Positions 37,422-46,107 of a stretch of 60,438 nt of DNA are shown here, piece after piece. Position 1 is the first letter of the stretch, and the number at the start of each line of letters is the position of its first letter. Position numbers and translations under genes: made by a program. Source of the DNA: Acidimicrobiia bacterium (GTDB taxonomy: Bacteria; Actinomycetota; Acidimicrobiia; Spongiisociales; UBA11373). Under the pieces are notes generated by a model, which saw only the letters and a list, made by a program, of their open reading frames with translations, was not told where the DNA came from and searched no databases. The DNA is taken from assembly GCA_035286665.1 (NCBI GenBank), contig DATECY010000087.1, forward strand, positions 1 through 60,438. Direction: 5' to 3'.

Positions 37422-37862
37422 CTATTCGACCGTGACCCCGGCGGACAACTCTGCGAGCGCCATCGTCTCCAAGGCACCTCGGGAGGCAGTGACCATCGCG
37501 CCGATGATCCCGGCGAGGCCCTCTGCGTCGAGTCCCTCGAGGCCATGACGGCTCACCATGCAGACGGTGCCGTCTCCGTCGAGTGAGAAGTGGCCGATCC
37601 CCGAGGTGCAGTGGTTCCACTGGAGCAGCTGGGAGAGGAAGGCATCACGGTCGCGACCGGGCACTGCACCGAGGGCGATCCCCACGAGGAGATCGACGCT
37701 CCCCTGATCGCAGCGTCCCACGCCGATCTCCACGGAGAATCCACGATGGATGATCGAGGTGGAGGCGCTGTTGCTGGCCGGATCAAACGCCAGCGGGAGC
37801 GCCCCCGCGTCGAACTGTCTCACGATTCGATCGACGAACCTGGCGGCGGTGTCTCGGTCCAT
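37422..37862 (-). CDS. T3SS-chaperone-like (CesT/YbjN-fold) small acidic protein
   Basis: 146 aa. ATG preceded by AGGAGGcacg. The pattern LPLAFDP...SVEIGV...DLLVGIALG...RDAFLSQLLQWN...GHFSLDGDGTVCMVS resembles class I secretion chaperones. Confidence 0.6.
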   Translation of the reverse strand: MDRDTAARFVDRIVRQFDAGALPLAFDPASNSASTSIIHRGFSVEIGVGRCDQGSVDLLVGIALGAVPGRDRDAFLSQLLQWNHCTSGIGHFSLDGDGTVCMVSRHGLEGLDAEGLAGIIGAMVTASRGALETMALAELSAGVTVE

Positions 37863-37966
37863 CGTGCCTCCTGGGGCCAACCGCCGGAGGGATCGCTCTC
37901 CGACGTCCTCATGTGCTGCTGGCACGGTACGAAGGACCCCCGCCAGCCGATAGGGGAAGTCGGCCC

Positions 37967-38458
37967 CTAGGCCCCCGGAAACAGCCCGCCCGGGTCTCGA
38001 ATCTCGATCCTGCCGTCCTTCGGGTCGCCGACGAGCTCCCGAACGAAGGGGACGAGCACGGTTCGTTCATCGGGTGTGGTCACGAGGATCCGATCCTGCC
38101 CCACCCCGAACTCCACGGCCGTCACCACGCCCAGTGTGCCGCCGTCCCCAGCGACCGCGGTGAGCCCGACCAGGTCGCCGGGCCAGAACTCACCGTCGGT
38201 GAGGGGGCGCCGGTTGGCGGCGGAGACGCTCACGATCGAACCGCGCAAGGCCTCTGCCTGAGTGCGGTCGTCGACGCCCTCGAATCGGACGGAGAGGCCG
38301 CGATCGCGGTAAGGAGACGCCGATCGTACGACAAGGGTGCGGCCCCGATCGGTCGCCATCTCAGCGCCCGGGGCGAAACGCCCGGGATCGTCGCTGTCGG
38401 GGACGAGGGTGACTTCGCCGCGAACGCCCCTGGGCCGGCCGATCCGGCCCACGATCAC
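37967..38458 (-). CDS. rimM: 16S rRNA processing protein RimM
   Basis: VIVGRIGRPRGVRGEVTL N-terminus and a PRC-barrel C-terminus. Start ambiguous: GTG 38458, TTG 38485 or ATG 38509. Confidence 0.88.
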   Translation of the reverse strand: MIVGRIGRPRGVRGEVTLVPDSDDPGRFAPGAEMATDRGRTLVVRSASPYRDRGLSVRFEGVDDRTQAEALRGSIVSVSAANRRPLTDGEFWPGDLVGLTAVAGDGGTLGVVTAVEFGVGQDRILVTTPDERTVLVPFVRELVGDPKDGRIEIRDPGGLFPGA

Positions 38459-38468
38459 CCGGGGGGAG

Positions 38469-38717
38469 TCAGTCGATGAATTCAACCCTGGCCTGCAGGC
38501 CCTCTTCATCGGCGGCAGCCTGGGCGATCGTCCGAATCGATTTGGCGACCCGGCCCCTGCGGCCGATGACACGGCCCATGTCCGGCTTGGCGGCCCTGAC
38601 CTCGGCGGTGACTTCGTCGGGACCATCCTCGACGATCGTCACGGAAACGGCGTCGCCGTCCTCGACGATCTCTTTGGTGACGTACTCGACCACCCGCTGG
38701 ACGATTGAGCCTTTCAT
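38469..38717 (-). CDS. KH-domain RNA-binding protein (YlqC/UPF0109)
   Basis: [18 protein letters not shown] GxxG KH motif. ATGA overlap with the rpsP stop. Confidence 0.9.
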   Translation of the reverse strand: MKGSIVQRVVEYVTKEIVEDGDAVSVTIVEDGPDEVTAEVRAAKPDMGRVIGRRGRVAKSIRTIAQAAADEEGLQARVEFID

Positions 38718-39157
38718 GCTTCTTCCTCGACGACTGCTTCCGTCCCGGCGGCGTCGCCCGCGGCGTCCTCGGTGTCGGCCACCACGTCTTGGGCGCGGTC
38801 GAAGACCTCGCCGACTGCAGCCGTGGCGGCGATCACTCCGGCGTCGCCCGTGGCGGCCTCTGTCTCGGCGAGCTCACCGACGACGTGGACCTCCGAATCC
38901 TTCACCGGCCGGGCCTTCATGGCACCGGAGATCTCGAGCAACTTCTTGACCTGACTCGACGGCTGAGCTCCCTGAGAGATCCAATACGAGGCACGCTCGT
39001 TGTCGATCTCGACGACCGACGGCTCCTGCCGAGGGTCATAGCGCCCGATCTGCTCGATGTATCTCCCGTCACGCGGCCCGCGCGCGTCGGCGACGACCAC
39101 CCGATAGGAGGGCTGGGCCTTCTTGCCAATCCGCGTCAGGCGGATCTTCACCGCCAT
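38714..39157 (-). CDS. rpsP: 30S ribosomal protein S16 with the actinobacterial-type C-terminal extension
   Basis: [42 protein letters not shown]. Confidence 0.95.
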   Translation of the reverse strand: MAVKIRLTRIGKKAQPSYRVVVADARGPRDGRYIEQIGRYDPRQEPSVVEIDNERASYWISQGAQPSSQVKKLLEISGAMKARPVKDSEVHVVGELAETEAATGDAGVIAATAAVGEVFDRAQDVVADTEDAAGDAAGTEAVVEEEA

Positions 39158-39161
39158 CCGG

Positions 39162-40502
39162 TCACCTCTTCCTGTTCCGTCCCCGACCCGGCAACTCCAG
39201 CCCCGGTATCGGGCTTCGGCCTTCGGTGAAGGCCTTCATCAGCTTCTGAGTCTCTGCGAACTTCCGCAGCAGGCCGTTGACGTCCTGCGGCGTCGTTCCC
39301 GACCCGCCGGCGATCCGACGCTTGCGGCTCCCGTCGATGATCTTGGGATCGTGCCGCTCGGCGGGCGTCATCGATCTGATGATCGCCTCTACCCGGCCGA
39401 GGTCCTTGTCGGACACATCGACCTGTCGCAAGGCCGATGCAGCGCCCGGGAGCATACCAAGCAGTTGGCGCATCGACCCCATCCGCCGCACTTGCTGGAA
39501 CTGCTCGAGGAAGTCATCGAGGGTGAAAGACGCCGTTCTCATCTTCTCGGCGGCCGTCGCAGCCGCCTGTTCGTCCCAGGCGCTCTCGGCCTTCTCGATC
39601 AGGGTGAGGACGTCGCCCATTCCCAGAATCCTCGACGCCATGCGATCCGGATGGAACACCTCGAGGTCGTCGACGCTCTCGCCGATGCCGGCGAACTTGA
39701 TCGGCCGCCCGGTCACCTCCCTGGCGGAGATCGCCGCTCCTCCCCTGGCGTCGCCATCGAGCTTCGAGAAGACGAGGCCGGTCAGGTCCGCTCGTTCGAG
39801 GAATCCTGACGCCACGTTCACTGCGTCCTGACCCGTCATCGCGTCGACCACCAGCAAGACCTCGTCGGGATCGGCGGCCCTGCGAATCTCCGCCAGCTCG
39901 TCCATGAGCGCCTCGTCGACCTGGAGACGGCCGGCGGTGTCCACGATGACCACGTCATGTCCCGCCGCGGCCGCTTGCTTCAAAGCGGCCTTCACGAGCT
40001 TCGGCGCCTTCCCGCCGCGGTCGGTGAAGACGGGTACCCCGATCCTGCGCCCCAAGACCTCCAATTGGTCGATGGCGGCCGGGCGCTGCAGGTCGGCGGC
40101 GACCAGGAGGGGGTGCTTCCCCTGGCCGGAGAGGCGCCGGGCCAGTTTGGCGGCCGTGGTGGTCTTGCCCGACCCCTGGAGGCCGACGAGCAGGATGACG
40201 AGCGGTGGCTTCGACGCGTGGGCCAGCGGCGCCGTCTCACCTCCGAGCGTGACGATGAGCTCCTCGTGGACGATCTTGACGACCTGCTGCGCAGGCGTGA
40301 GGCTCTTGGTCACCTCCGCCCCGACCGCCCTGGTCCGCACCCGCTCGAGCAACGCCTTGGCGACCTTGACGTTGACGTCGGCCTCGAGCAGAGCGAGGCG
40401 CACCTCGCGCAGGGCGACGTCGACGTCCGCTTCGGACAAACGGCCCTTCCCGCGCAACGCGGTGAACACGGAACCGAGCCGGTCGGTGAGGCCTTCGAAC
40501 AT
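39162..40502 (-). CDS. ffh: signal recognition particle protein Ffh
   Basis: [27 protein letters not shown] canonical start, [21 protein letters not shown], Met-rich M domain. No SD upstream. Confidence 0.96.
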   Translation of the reverse strand: MFEGLTDRLGSVFTALRGKGRLSEADVDVALREVRLALLEADVNVKVAKALLERVRTRAVGAEVTKSLTPAQQVVKIVHEELIVTLGGETAPLAHASKPPLVILLVGLQGSGKTTTAAKLARRLSGQGKHPLLVAADLQRPAAIDQLEVLGRRIGVPVFTDRGGKAPKLVKAALKQAAAAGHDVVIVDTAGRLQVDEALMDELAEIRRAADPDEVLLVVDAMTGQDAVNVASGFLERADLTGLVFSKLDGDARGGAAISAREVTGRPIKFAGIGESVDDLEVFHPDRMASRILGMGDVLTLIEKAESAWDEQAAATAAEKMRTASFTLDDFLEQFQQVRRMGSMRQLLGMLPGAASALRQVDVSDKDLGRVEAIIRSMTPAERHDPKIIDGSRKRRIAGGSGTTPQDVNGLLRKFAETQKLMKAFTEGRSPIPGLELPGRGRNRKR

Positions 40503-40505
40503 ATC

Positions 40506-40526
40506 GGGGAGGGTAGGGGTGCGGGG
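40506..40526 (+). other. G-quadruplex-type motif GGGGaGGGtaGGGGtgcGGGG on the plus (ffh template) strand, 4 nt upstream of the ffh ATG
   Basis: Four G3-4 tracts with 1-3 nt loops, read directly. Confidence 0.6.
40510..40515 (-). promoter_or_regulatory. candidate -10 hexamer TACCCT, 7 nt upstream of the SD-less ffh ATG (possible leaderless transcript)
   Basis: Minus strand reads ccccTACCCTccccgatATG. Positional inference only. Confidence 0.2.
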
Positions 40527-40555
40527 CAGGCAGTGGTCGGGAGAGGGCTTTACAC

Positions 40556-40583
40556 GATGCGCGATGCGCGATGCGCGATGCGC
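40556..40583. repeat. heptamer tandem array GATGCGC x4
   Basis: Direct reading. Confidence 0.95.
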
Positions 40584-40600
40584 GCTAGAACGGTGCCAGG

Positions 40601-40621
40601 AACGAGCAACCGGCAACGGCA
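40601..40621. repeat. degenerate heptamer array AACGAGC AACCGGC AACGGCA (GCAACSG register)
   Basis: Direct reading. GCAACGG recurs as a reverse complement at 46021-46041. Confidence 0.6.
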
Positions 40622-40629
40622 CCCTCCTG

Positions 40630-40661
40630 CGAATTACGAATTACGAATTACGAATTACGAA
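40630..40661. repeat. AT-rich heptamer tandem array CGAATTA x4 plus a partial copy
   Basis: Direct reading. 2 of 7 bases per unit are G/C, in a high-GC genome. Confidence 0.95.
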
Positions 40662-40703
40662 GATGGGCGATGGGCGATGGGCGATGGGCGATGGGCGATG
40701 GGA
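40662..40703. repeat. heptamer tandem array GATGGGC x5 plus a degenerate GATGGGA
   Basis: Direct reading. It ends 35 nt before the upp ATG. Confidence 0.95.
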
Positions 40704-40738
40704 AAGTACCCTTGTGCTCACCCTCACCCCGGAGCGGC

Positions 40739-41356
40739 ATGAACCTCACGGTGCTCGAACACCCCCTCGCCAAGCACTACCTGTCGGTGTTGCGTGACAA
40801 GTCGACGGAGCCGGAGGAGTTCCGCAGCGCGGCGCGACGCCTCACCTATTCGCTGGTGATGGAGGCGACCCGCGACCTGCCGCTCGAGACGATGACCATC
40901 GCCACCCCACTCGAGGAGACGACCGGGTATCAGACCTCGAAAGTGGTCGCCATCGCCGTTCTCAGGGCCGGCCTCGGGCTGCTCGATGCCGTCATCGACC
41001 TGATCCCGTCGGTCAAGGTGGGGTTTGCCGGCGTGCAGCGCAACGAGGAGACCGCCGAGCCCATCGAGTACTACTTCAAGCCGCCGGACCTCGCCGAGGC
41101 GACGGTGCTCATCCTCGAACCGATGCTCGCCACCGGCGGATCCCTCTCGTGGGCGGTGACCAAGGCGAAGGAGTCGGGCGCCCGGGCGATCACCTGCCTC
41201 TGCGTGGTCGTGGCACCAGCGGGCGTCGCTCGCATGGAGAGGGAACATCCCGACGTCCGCATCGTCGCCGCCTCGCTCGACCGCGACCTGAGCGACCACT
41301 TCTACATCCGGCCCGGTCTCGGCGACATGGGTGATCGCCTCTTCGGGACGACATGA
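40739..41356 (+). CDS. upp: uracil phosphoribosyltransferase
   Basis: MNLTVLEHPLAKHYLSVLRDKST start and LEPMLATGGS PRPP motif; GGAG upstream. The track ORF start (40670) lies inside the repeat array. Confidence 0.94.
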   Translation: MNLTVLEHPLAKHYLSVLRDKSTEPEEFRSAARRLTYSLVMEATRDLPLETMTIATPLEETTGYQTSKVVAIAVLRAGLGLLDAVIDLIPSVKVGFAGVQRNEETAEPIEYYFKPPDLAEATVLILEPMLATGGSLSWAVTKAKESGARAITCLCVVVAPAGVARMEREHPDVRIVAASLDRDLSDHFYIRPGLGDMGDRLFGTT

Positions 41357-41628
41357 CCGACCTCGACGATCGCATCGCCGAGGTCCTCGACCGACTGGAG
41401 CCGGGCGAAGTCGTGACCTATGGCGAGGTCGCAGCCATGGCCGGACGGCCGGAGGCGCCCCGGGCGGTCGGCAGGTTCCTCGCCGAGACGACCGGCCACC
41501 CCTGGTGGCGGGTGGTCAACTCCGCCGGCCGGCTCGCCCCGGGGTCAGAGGTCGAACAGGCTCGACGGCTACGCGCCGAGGGGATCGCGGTGGAGGGCAA
41601 CCGAGTCGTCGGGATGAAGCGCCGATGA
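41353..41628 (+). CDS. alkyltransferase-like (ATL) protein / MGMT DNA-binding domain protein without the acceptor cysteine
   Basis: VVTYGEVAAMAG...PRAVG...HPWWRVVNSAG. The PCHRV acceptor motif reads PWWRV. ATGA overlaps on both sides. Confidence 0.8.
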   Translation: MTDLDDRIAEVLDRLEPGEVVTYGEVAAMAGRPEAPRAVGRFLAETTGHPWWRVVNSAGRLAPGSEVEQARRLRAEGIAVEGNRVVGMKRR

Positions 41629-42929
41629 ACTTCGTCGAGTTGATCGAGCGCAAGCGTGACGGCGGGGCGCTGAGCGCGGACGAGATCGGCTGGCTGATCG
41701 CCGAGTACACCGCCGATCGCATCCCCAACTATCAGATGTCGGCGATGCTCATGGCGGTGCTCCTCGTCGGGCTCGACCCTGACGAACTGGCCGCGTGGAC
41801 CGAGGCGATGCTGCACTCGGGCGAGATCCTGGACTTCTCGGACATCGGCGCTCCCGTCATCGACAAGCACTCCACCGGCGGGGTCGGCGACAAGGTCAGC
41901 ATTCCGCTCGCCCCGATGGTCGCCGCCTGCGGGATCGCCGTCCCGATGATCTCCGGCCGAGGGCTGGGCCACACCGGCGGCACCCTCGACAAGCTGGAGA
42001 CCATCCCCGGCTTCCGCACCGATCTCACCTCGACCGAATTCCACACCCTGCTCGGACGACACGGCCTGGTGCTCGCAGGGGCATCCGCCACGATCGCACC
42101 GGCCGATCGCAAGATCTACGCCCTGCGCGACGCCACCGGCACGGTCCCCTCGATCCCGCTGATCGCATCCTCGATCATGTCGAAGAAGCTTGCCGAAGGG
42201 ATCGACGCCCTCGTCCTCGACGTGAAGGTGGGGCGGGGCGCCTTCATGAAGGATCTCGACAGCGCCCGCACGCTGGCGAAGACGATGGTGGGCATCGGCA
42301 AGGCCCACGGCACCACCACGGTTGCCTACCTGACCGACATGAACCAACCGCTCGGCCGGGAGATCGGCAACGCATCGGAGATCGCCGAGTCCGTCGCCGT
42401 GCTCCGCGGCGAGGGCCCCGACGACCTGATCGAGGTGATCTATGCCCTCGGGGCCGAGATGCTCGTACTCGGTGGTCAGGCCGACGACACCGCGATCGCC
42501 CGGACGCTCCTCGCGGAATCGATCTCCTCGGGGGCGGCGCTCGCCAAGTTCGTGGAGGTCGCCATCGCCCAGGGAGGCGACCCTGCGGTGATAGAGGACC
42601 CGGGTCGCCTCGTCGCAGCCCGGAAGGAACAGGTGCTCACCGCCGCGGCGGCGGGTTTCGTCACCAGGTGCGATGCCCTCGACCTGGGCGTCGCCGCCAC
42701 CCGCCTCGGCGCCGGGCGGGAGACCATGGAGGACACCATCGACCCGGGGGCCGGTATCACCGTGGGGGTCAAGATCGGGGACAGGGTCGACGCCGGCGAC
42801 GCCCTGGCAGTCCTTCGCTTCAACGACGACGCCCATCTCGGCGAGGCGATCGCACTCGCCGGCCGGGCATTCGAGATCGGCGACACCAGCGCCGACGCGC
42901 CACCCCTGGTCCACGAGGAGGTTCGATGA
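41625..42929 (+). CDS. deoA: thymidine (pyrimidine-nucleoside) phosphorylase
   Basis: MNFVELIERKRDGGALSADEIGWLI start, DKHSTGGVGDK, SGRGLGHTGGTLDKLE. Confidence 0.95.
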   Translation: MNFVELIERKRDGGALSADEIGWLIAEYTADRIPNYQMSAMLMAVLLVGLDPDELAAWTEAMLHSGEILDFSDIGAPVIDKHSTGGVGDKVSIPLAPMVAACGIAVPMISGRGLGHTGGTLDKLETIPGFRTDLTSTEFHTLLGRHGLVLAGASATIAPADRKIYALRDATGTVPSIPLIASSIMSKKLAEGIDALVLDVKVGRGAFMKDLDSARTLAKTMVGIGKAHGTTTVAYLTDMNQPLGREIGNASEIAESVAVLRGEGPDDLIEVIYALGAEMLVLGGQADDTAIARTLLAESISSGAALAKFVEVAIAQGGDPAVIEDPGRLVAARKEQVLTAAAAGFVTRCDALDLGVAATRLGAGRETMEDTIDPGAGITVGVKIGDRVDAGDALAVLRFNDDAHLGEAIALAGRAFEIGDTSADAPPLVHEEVR

Positions 42930-43753
42930 GTTACGAAGCGATCGAGCAGGCCCGGGCCGCCATCGCCGAGGCGACGGGACGGCCCCGTCATCGACTGGCG
43001 GTCGTGCTCGGCTCGGGGCTCAGCGACTACGCCGGCGCCCTCCCCGGAGTCCGCGGCATCCCCTACGACGACATCCCCGGCTTTCCGGTGCCCCGGGTCG
43101 AGGGCCATGCCGGGTCGCTCTACTCCGTGGACCTCGACGGTCCCGTCATGATCCTCGCCGGTCGGGTCCACACCTTCGAGGGATGGGATCTCGGCGATGT
43201 CGTGTTCACGGTTCGTACCGCGGTGCTGTCCGGATGCACGACGGTCGTGCTCACCAACGCCGCCGGCGGATGCGGCGATGGGTTGGCGCCAGGAGACCTC
43301 GTGCTGATCAAGGATCACCTCAACCTGACGGCGCGCAATCCCCTCGTCGGCGCCAACGACGATCGCCTCGGGCCCCGTTTCCCCGACATGTCGACGGTGT
43401 ACCCGTCCGACCTGCGCGCCCGAGCACGGGCGATCGGCGATCGGGTCGGCGTTTCACTCGGCGAAGGGGTGTATGCCTGGTTCCTCGGGCCTTCGTACGA
43501 GACCCCCGCCGAGGTACAGATGGCCCGGCGCCTCGGTGCCGACCTGGTCGGCATGTCGACGGTGCCCGAAGCGATCGCGGCCCGGCACATGGGCGCCAAG
43601 GTCCTCGGGATCTCCCTGGTCACCAACCTGGCGGCGGGAATCTCCCCTACGCCGCTGAGCCACGCCGAGGTGACGGCGACGGCGAATGCCGCACAGGAGC
43701 GGTTCGCGACCCTGCTCGACGCGTTGCTCCCGGAGCTGGCGAGCAGCGAGTAG
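42926..43753 (+). CDS. punA: purine nucleoside phosphorylase (trimeric PNP/PunA type)
   Basis: VVLGSGL, VEGHAGSLY, GRVHTFEG, GPSYETPAE, VGMSTVPE motifs. Confidence 0.93.
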   Translation: MSYEAIEQARAAIAEATGRPRHRLAVVLGSGLSDYAGALPGVRGIPYDDIPGFPVPRVEGHAGSLYSVDLDGPVMILAGRVHTFEGWDLGDVVFTVRTAVLSGCTTVVLTNAAGGCGDGLAPGDLVLIKDHLNLTARNPLVGANDDRLGPRFPDMSTVYPSDLRARARAIGDRVGVSLGEGVYAWFLGPSYETPAEVQMARRLGADLVGMSTVPEAIAARHMGAKVLGISLVTNLAAGISPTPLSHAEVTATANAAQERFATLLDALLPELASSE

Positions 43754-43772
43754 CAGGCGCAGGTCGCAGGTC
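43753..43772. repeat. heptamer array GCAGGC GCAGGTC GCAGGTC, beginning at the last base of the punA TAG
   Basis: Direct reading. Confidence 0.75.
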
Positions 43773-43786
43773 TTCTTGCAGGAGGC

Positions 43787-43808
43787 CGGAGACGGGAGAC
43801 GGGAGCCG
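43787..43808. repeat. heptamer array CGGAGAC GGGAGAC GGGAGCC
   Basis: Direct reading. Confidence 0.75.
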
Positions 43809-43879
43809 CTGCTGGTCCCCACCGACCGGCGACCCACTCGCACCTTCTAACATCGCCCCGCACGCGCCAAAGGAGTGAC

Positions 43880-44656
43880 ATGAAGATCGCGGTCTGCGTC
43901 AAGCAGATTCCGGATCCCGCCACGCCGTACCAGTTGGACCCGAACACCCACCTGGTGGTCCGGCCGGACGAGCAGATACTCGACGACACCGACCGTTACG
44001 GCATCGAAGTCGGACTGCAACTCGCCGCAGCCACCAATGGCACGGTGGTCCTCGTGTCGATGAGTCCTGCCGGAAACCTTCAGGGCATCCGCCAGGCTCT
44101 AGCGATGGGGGCCGACAAGGCGGTCGTGGTCAACGACTCCGCCCTTCGCGGGTCGGGTGCGCTCGTCACCGCCCGGGTCCTTGCCGCGGCCATCGCCCGT
44201 GAGGAGGTCGACCTGGTGATCACCGGCACGGAGTCCACCGACGGCTACGCCGGCGTCGTCCCCCAGCAGATCGCCGAGTTCCTCGGATTGCCCGCCCTCA
44301 CCTTTGCCCGCAAGGTAGAACTCGCCGACGGCGCACTCCGCATAGAGAGGCAGACGGCGACCGGGTACGACGTGGTCACGGCTCCTCTCCCCGCGCTGGT
44401 GAGCGTGACGTCGGGTGCCGTCGAACCGCGCTACCCGACCTTCAAGGGGATCATGCAGGCGAAGCAGAAGCCCGTCGACCAACCCACCTGCGCCGAACTC
44501 GGCCTCGACCCGGCAATGGTCGGATTGCCGGGGTCCGGCCAGACCATCACCGCCGTGCGCCCTAGCGCAGCTCGGGCGGCCGGCACCAAGATCCAAGACG
44601 AAGGCGAGGCCCATCTCGAAATCGTCAAGCTGCTCGAACAGGCGAAGGTGATCTGA
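43880..44656 (+). CDS. etfB: electron transfer flavoprotein beta subunit
   Basis: [12 protein letters not shown] start, 258 aa; AAGGAG SD. Confidence 0.93.
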   Translation: MKIAVCVKQIPDPATPYQLDPNTHLVVRPDEQILDDTDRYGIEVGLQLAAATNGTVVLVSMSPAGNLQGIRQALAMGADKAVVVNDSALRGSGALVTARVLAAAIAREEVDLVITGTESTDGYAGVVPQQIAEFLGLPALTFARKVELADGALRIERQTATGYDVVTAPLPALVSVTSGAVEPRYPTFKGIMQAKQKPVDQPTCAELGLDPAMVGLPGSGQTITAVRPSAARAAGTKIQDEGEAHLEIVKLLEQAKVI

Positions 44657-44657
44657 C

Positions 44658-45611
44658 ATGACGACCTGGGTCTTCTCAGAAGAAGTCGACGGCGGCCCTG
44701 CGCCAATATCGCTCGAGCTGTTGACCAAAGGCCGATCACTGGGCGGCGACGTCGCGGCGTTCTACGTCGGCAGGGGCAGTGATGCCGCCTGGGCTGCCCT
44801 CGGCGCGCACGGTGCGACGGTGGTGCATCACCTCGACGCCGGCGACGCCCTCCCCGCTGCGGCGGCGACGGCGGCTCTGGCCGGACTCGTCGCAGAGGGC
44901 GACCTCGTGCTGTTCGGCCTCACCCCCACCGACCGTGACGTCGCCGGGCGGCTGAGCGCACGGATCGGACGCCCAGTGCTCTCCAACGCCGTCGACGTCG
45001 TCGTCGGTCCGGACGGCACGGTGACGGTCCACAACGAGATCTTCGGAGGCACCACGGTGATCGAGACGGCCTTCACCGGCCCGGGGCCCAAACTCGTGGT
45101 GGCCCGCCCCAAGTCGTTCGCGGCGCAAGCCGACGCCGCCGGAGCGCCCGATGTCGTCACGGTCACGGTGCCCGACACCGGTCACGCCGGGTCGGCAACG
45201 GTCGTCTCCCGTCACGACGAAGAGTCACAGGGTCCCAAACTGACCGAGGCCGACGTGATCGTGAGCGGGGGTCGCGGCATGGGCTCTGCGGAGAACTTCC
45301 ACATGGTCGAGGAGATCGCAGGACACCTCGGCGCCGCCGTGGGGGCGACGAGAGCGGTGGTCGACGCCGGTTGGGTGCCGTACTCGATGCAGGTCGGCCA
45401 GACGGGAAAGACCGTCAAGCCCAAGGTCTACATAGCGTGCGGGATCAGCGGAGCGATGCAGCACCTCGTCGGGATGAAGGACTCGGGCGTGATCATCGCC
45501 GTCAACAAGGACGAGGAGGCGCCGATCTTCGGCGTCGCCGATCTCGGAGTCGTCGGCGACGTGCACAAGGTGCTGCCGAAGCTCCTCGAGGCGCTCGCCG
45601 CCAGGGGCTAG
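44658..45611 (+). CDS. etfA: electron transfer flavoprotein alpha subunit
   Basis: C-terminal FAD motif [17 protein letters not shown]...[13 protein letters not shown]. Confidence 0.93.
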   Translation: MTTWVFSEEVDGGPAPISLELLTKGRSLGGDVAAFYVGRGSDAAWAALGAHGATVVHHLDAGDALPAAAATAALAGLVAEGDLVLFGLTPTDRDVAGRLSARIGRPVLSNAVDVVVGPDGTVTVHNEIFGGTTVIETAFTGPGPKLVVARPKSFAAQADAAGAPDVVTVTVPDTGHAGSATVVSRHDEESQGPKLTEADVIVSGGRGMGSAENFHMVEEIAGHLGAAVGATRAVVDAGWVPYSMQVGQTGKTVKPKVYIACGISGAMQHLVGMKDSGVIIAVNKDEEAPIFGVADLGVVGDVHKVLPKLLEALAARG

Positions 45612-45868
45612 TGCCGGCCCATCGAATCGATGTGGTTGCGGTGCCCGGTGATCATCTCGCGCGGCACCGGTTCCGGCAGGAGCAGGCCGACGAGGATCGC
45701 CGTCACCGCGAGTCCGGCGACGATCCACCACACGCGCACCGCCCCGAGGATCGAGGCAGCCGCGGCAAGGTACACGGCGAGCGCGGTGACGCCCCAGCCG
45801 ATCTTCACGAGCACCCGGTATCCGGTGGTGACCTTCCAGTCGGGCGCGGGGGGCGTATGCACGGTCAT
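45608..45868 (-). CDS. hypothetical small membrane protein (2 TM helices)
   Basis: [64 protein letters not shown]. The stop overlaps the etfA stop convergently. Confidence 0.5.
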   Translation of the reverse strand: MTVHTPPAPDWKVTTGYRVLVKIGWGVTALAVYLAAAASILGAVRVWWIVAGLAVTAILVGLLLPEPVPREMITGHRNHIDSMGRH

Positions 45869-45898
45869 ACCAGCGCTATCGGAGCAGGCCGTCGGGAA

Positions 45899-45927
45899 GT
45901 GAAGGGGAATGCCGCACACCCCTTCAC
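45899..45927. other. perfect 9-bp hairpin GTGAAGGGG-(11 nt)-CCCCTTCAC
   Basis: Inverted repeat read directly, in the spacer upstream of the small membrane protein gene. Confidence 0.5.
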
Positions 45928-45964
45928 CAGCCTGCAGCCACCCCCAAGGAGCGGTTCAACCAGC

Positions 45965-45985
45965 CATCGCTCTTCGCTCATCGCC
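45965..45985. repeat. heptamer array CATCGCT CTTCGCT CATCGCC (reverse complement register GATGAGC GAAGAGC GATG)
   Basis: Direct reading. Confidence 0.75.
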
Positions 45986-45993
45986 TCTCCGTA

Positions 45994-46041
45994 GAAGGCC
46001 GAAAGCGAAGGTCGACCATCCCGTTACCCGTTGCCCGTCAG
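45994..46041. repeat. two adjoining degenerate heptamer arrays: GAAGGCC GAAAGC GAAGGTC GACCATC, then CCGTTAC CCGTTGC CCGTCAG
   Basis: Direct reading. Confidence 0.7.
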
Positions 46042-46107
46042 ACTCCCGGAAAAGGCCGAAGGACGGGAGGCGCCGGCACGCTCCCTGCTGCCGCCGGCAC
46101 GCCGCCT

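Noticed and set aside
40670-40738. N-terminal extension of upp encoding MGDGRWAMGDG... from the GATGGGC array
   Set aside because: Upp homologs start at MNLTVLEHPL, GGAG precedes ATG 40739, and the upstream reading frame is just the translated repeat.
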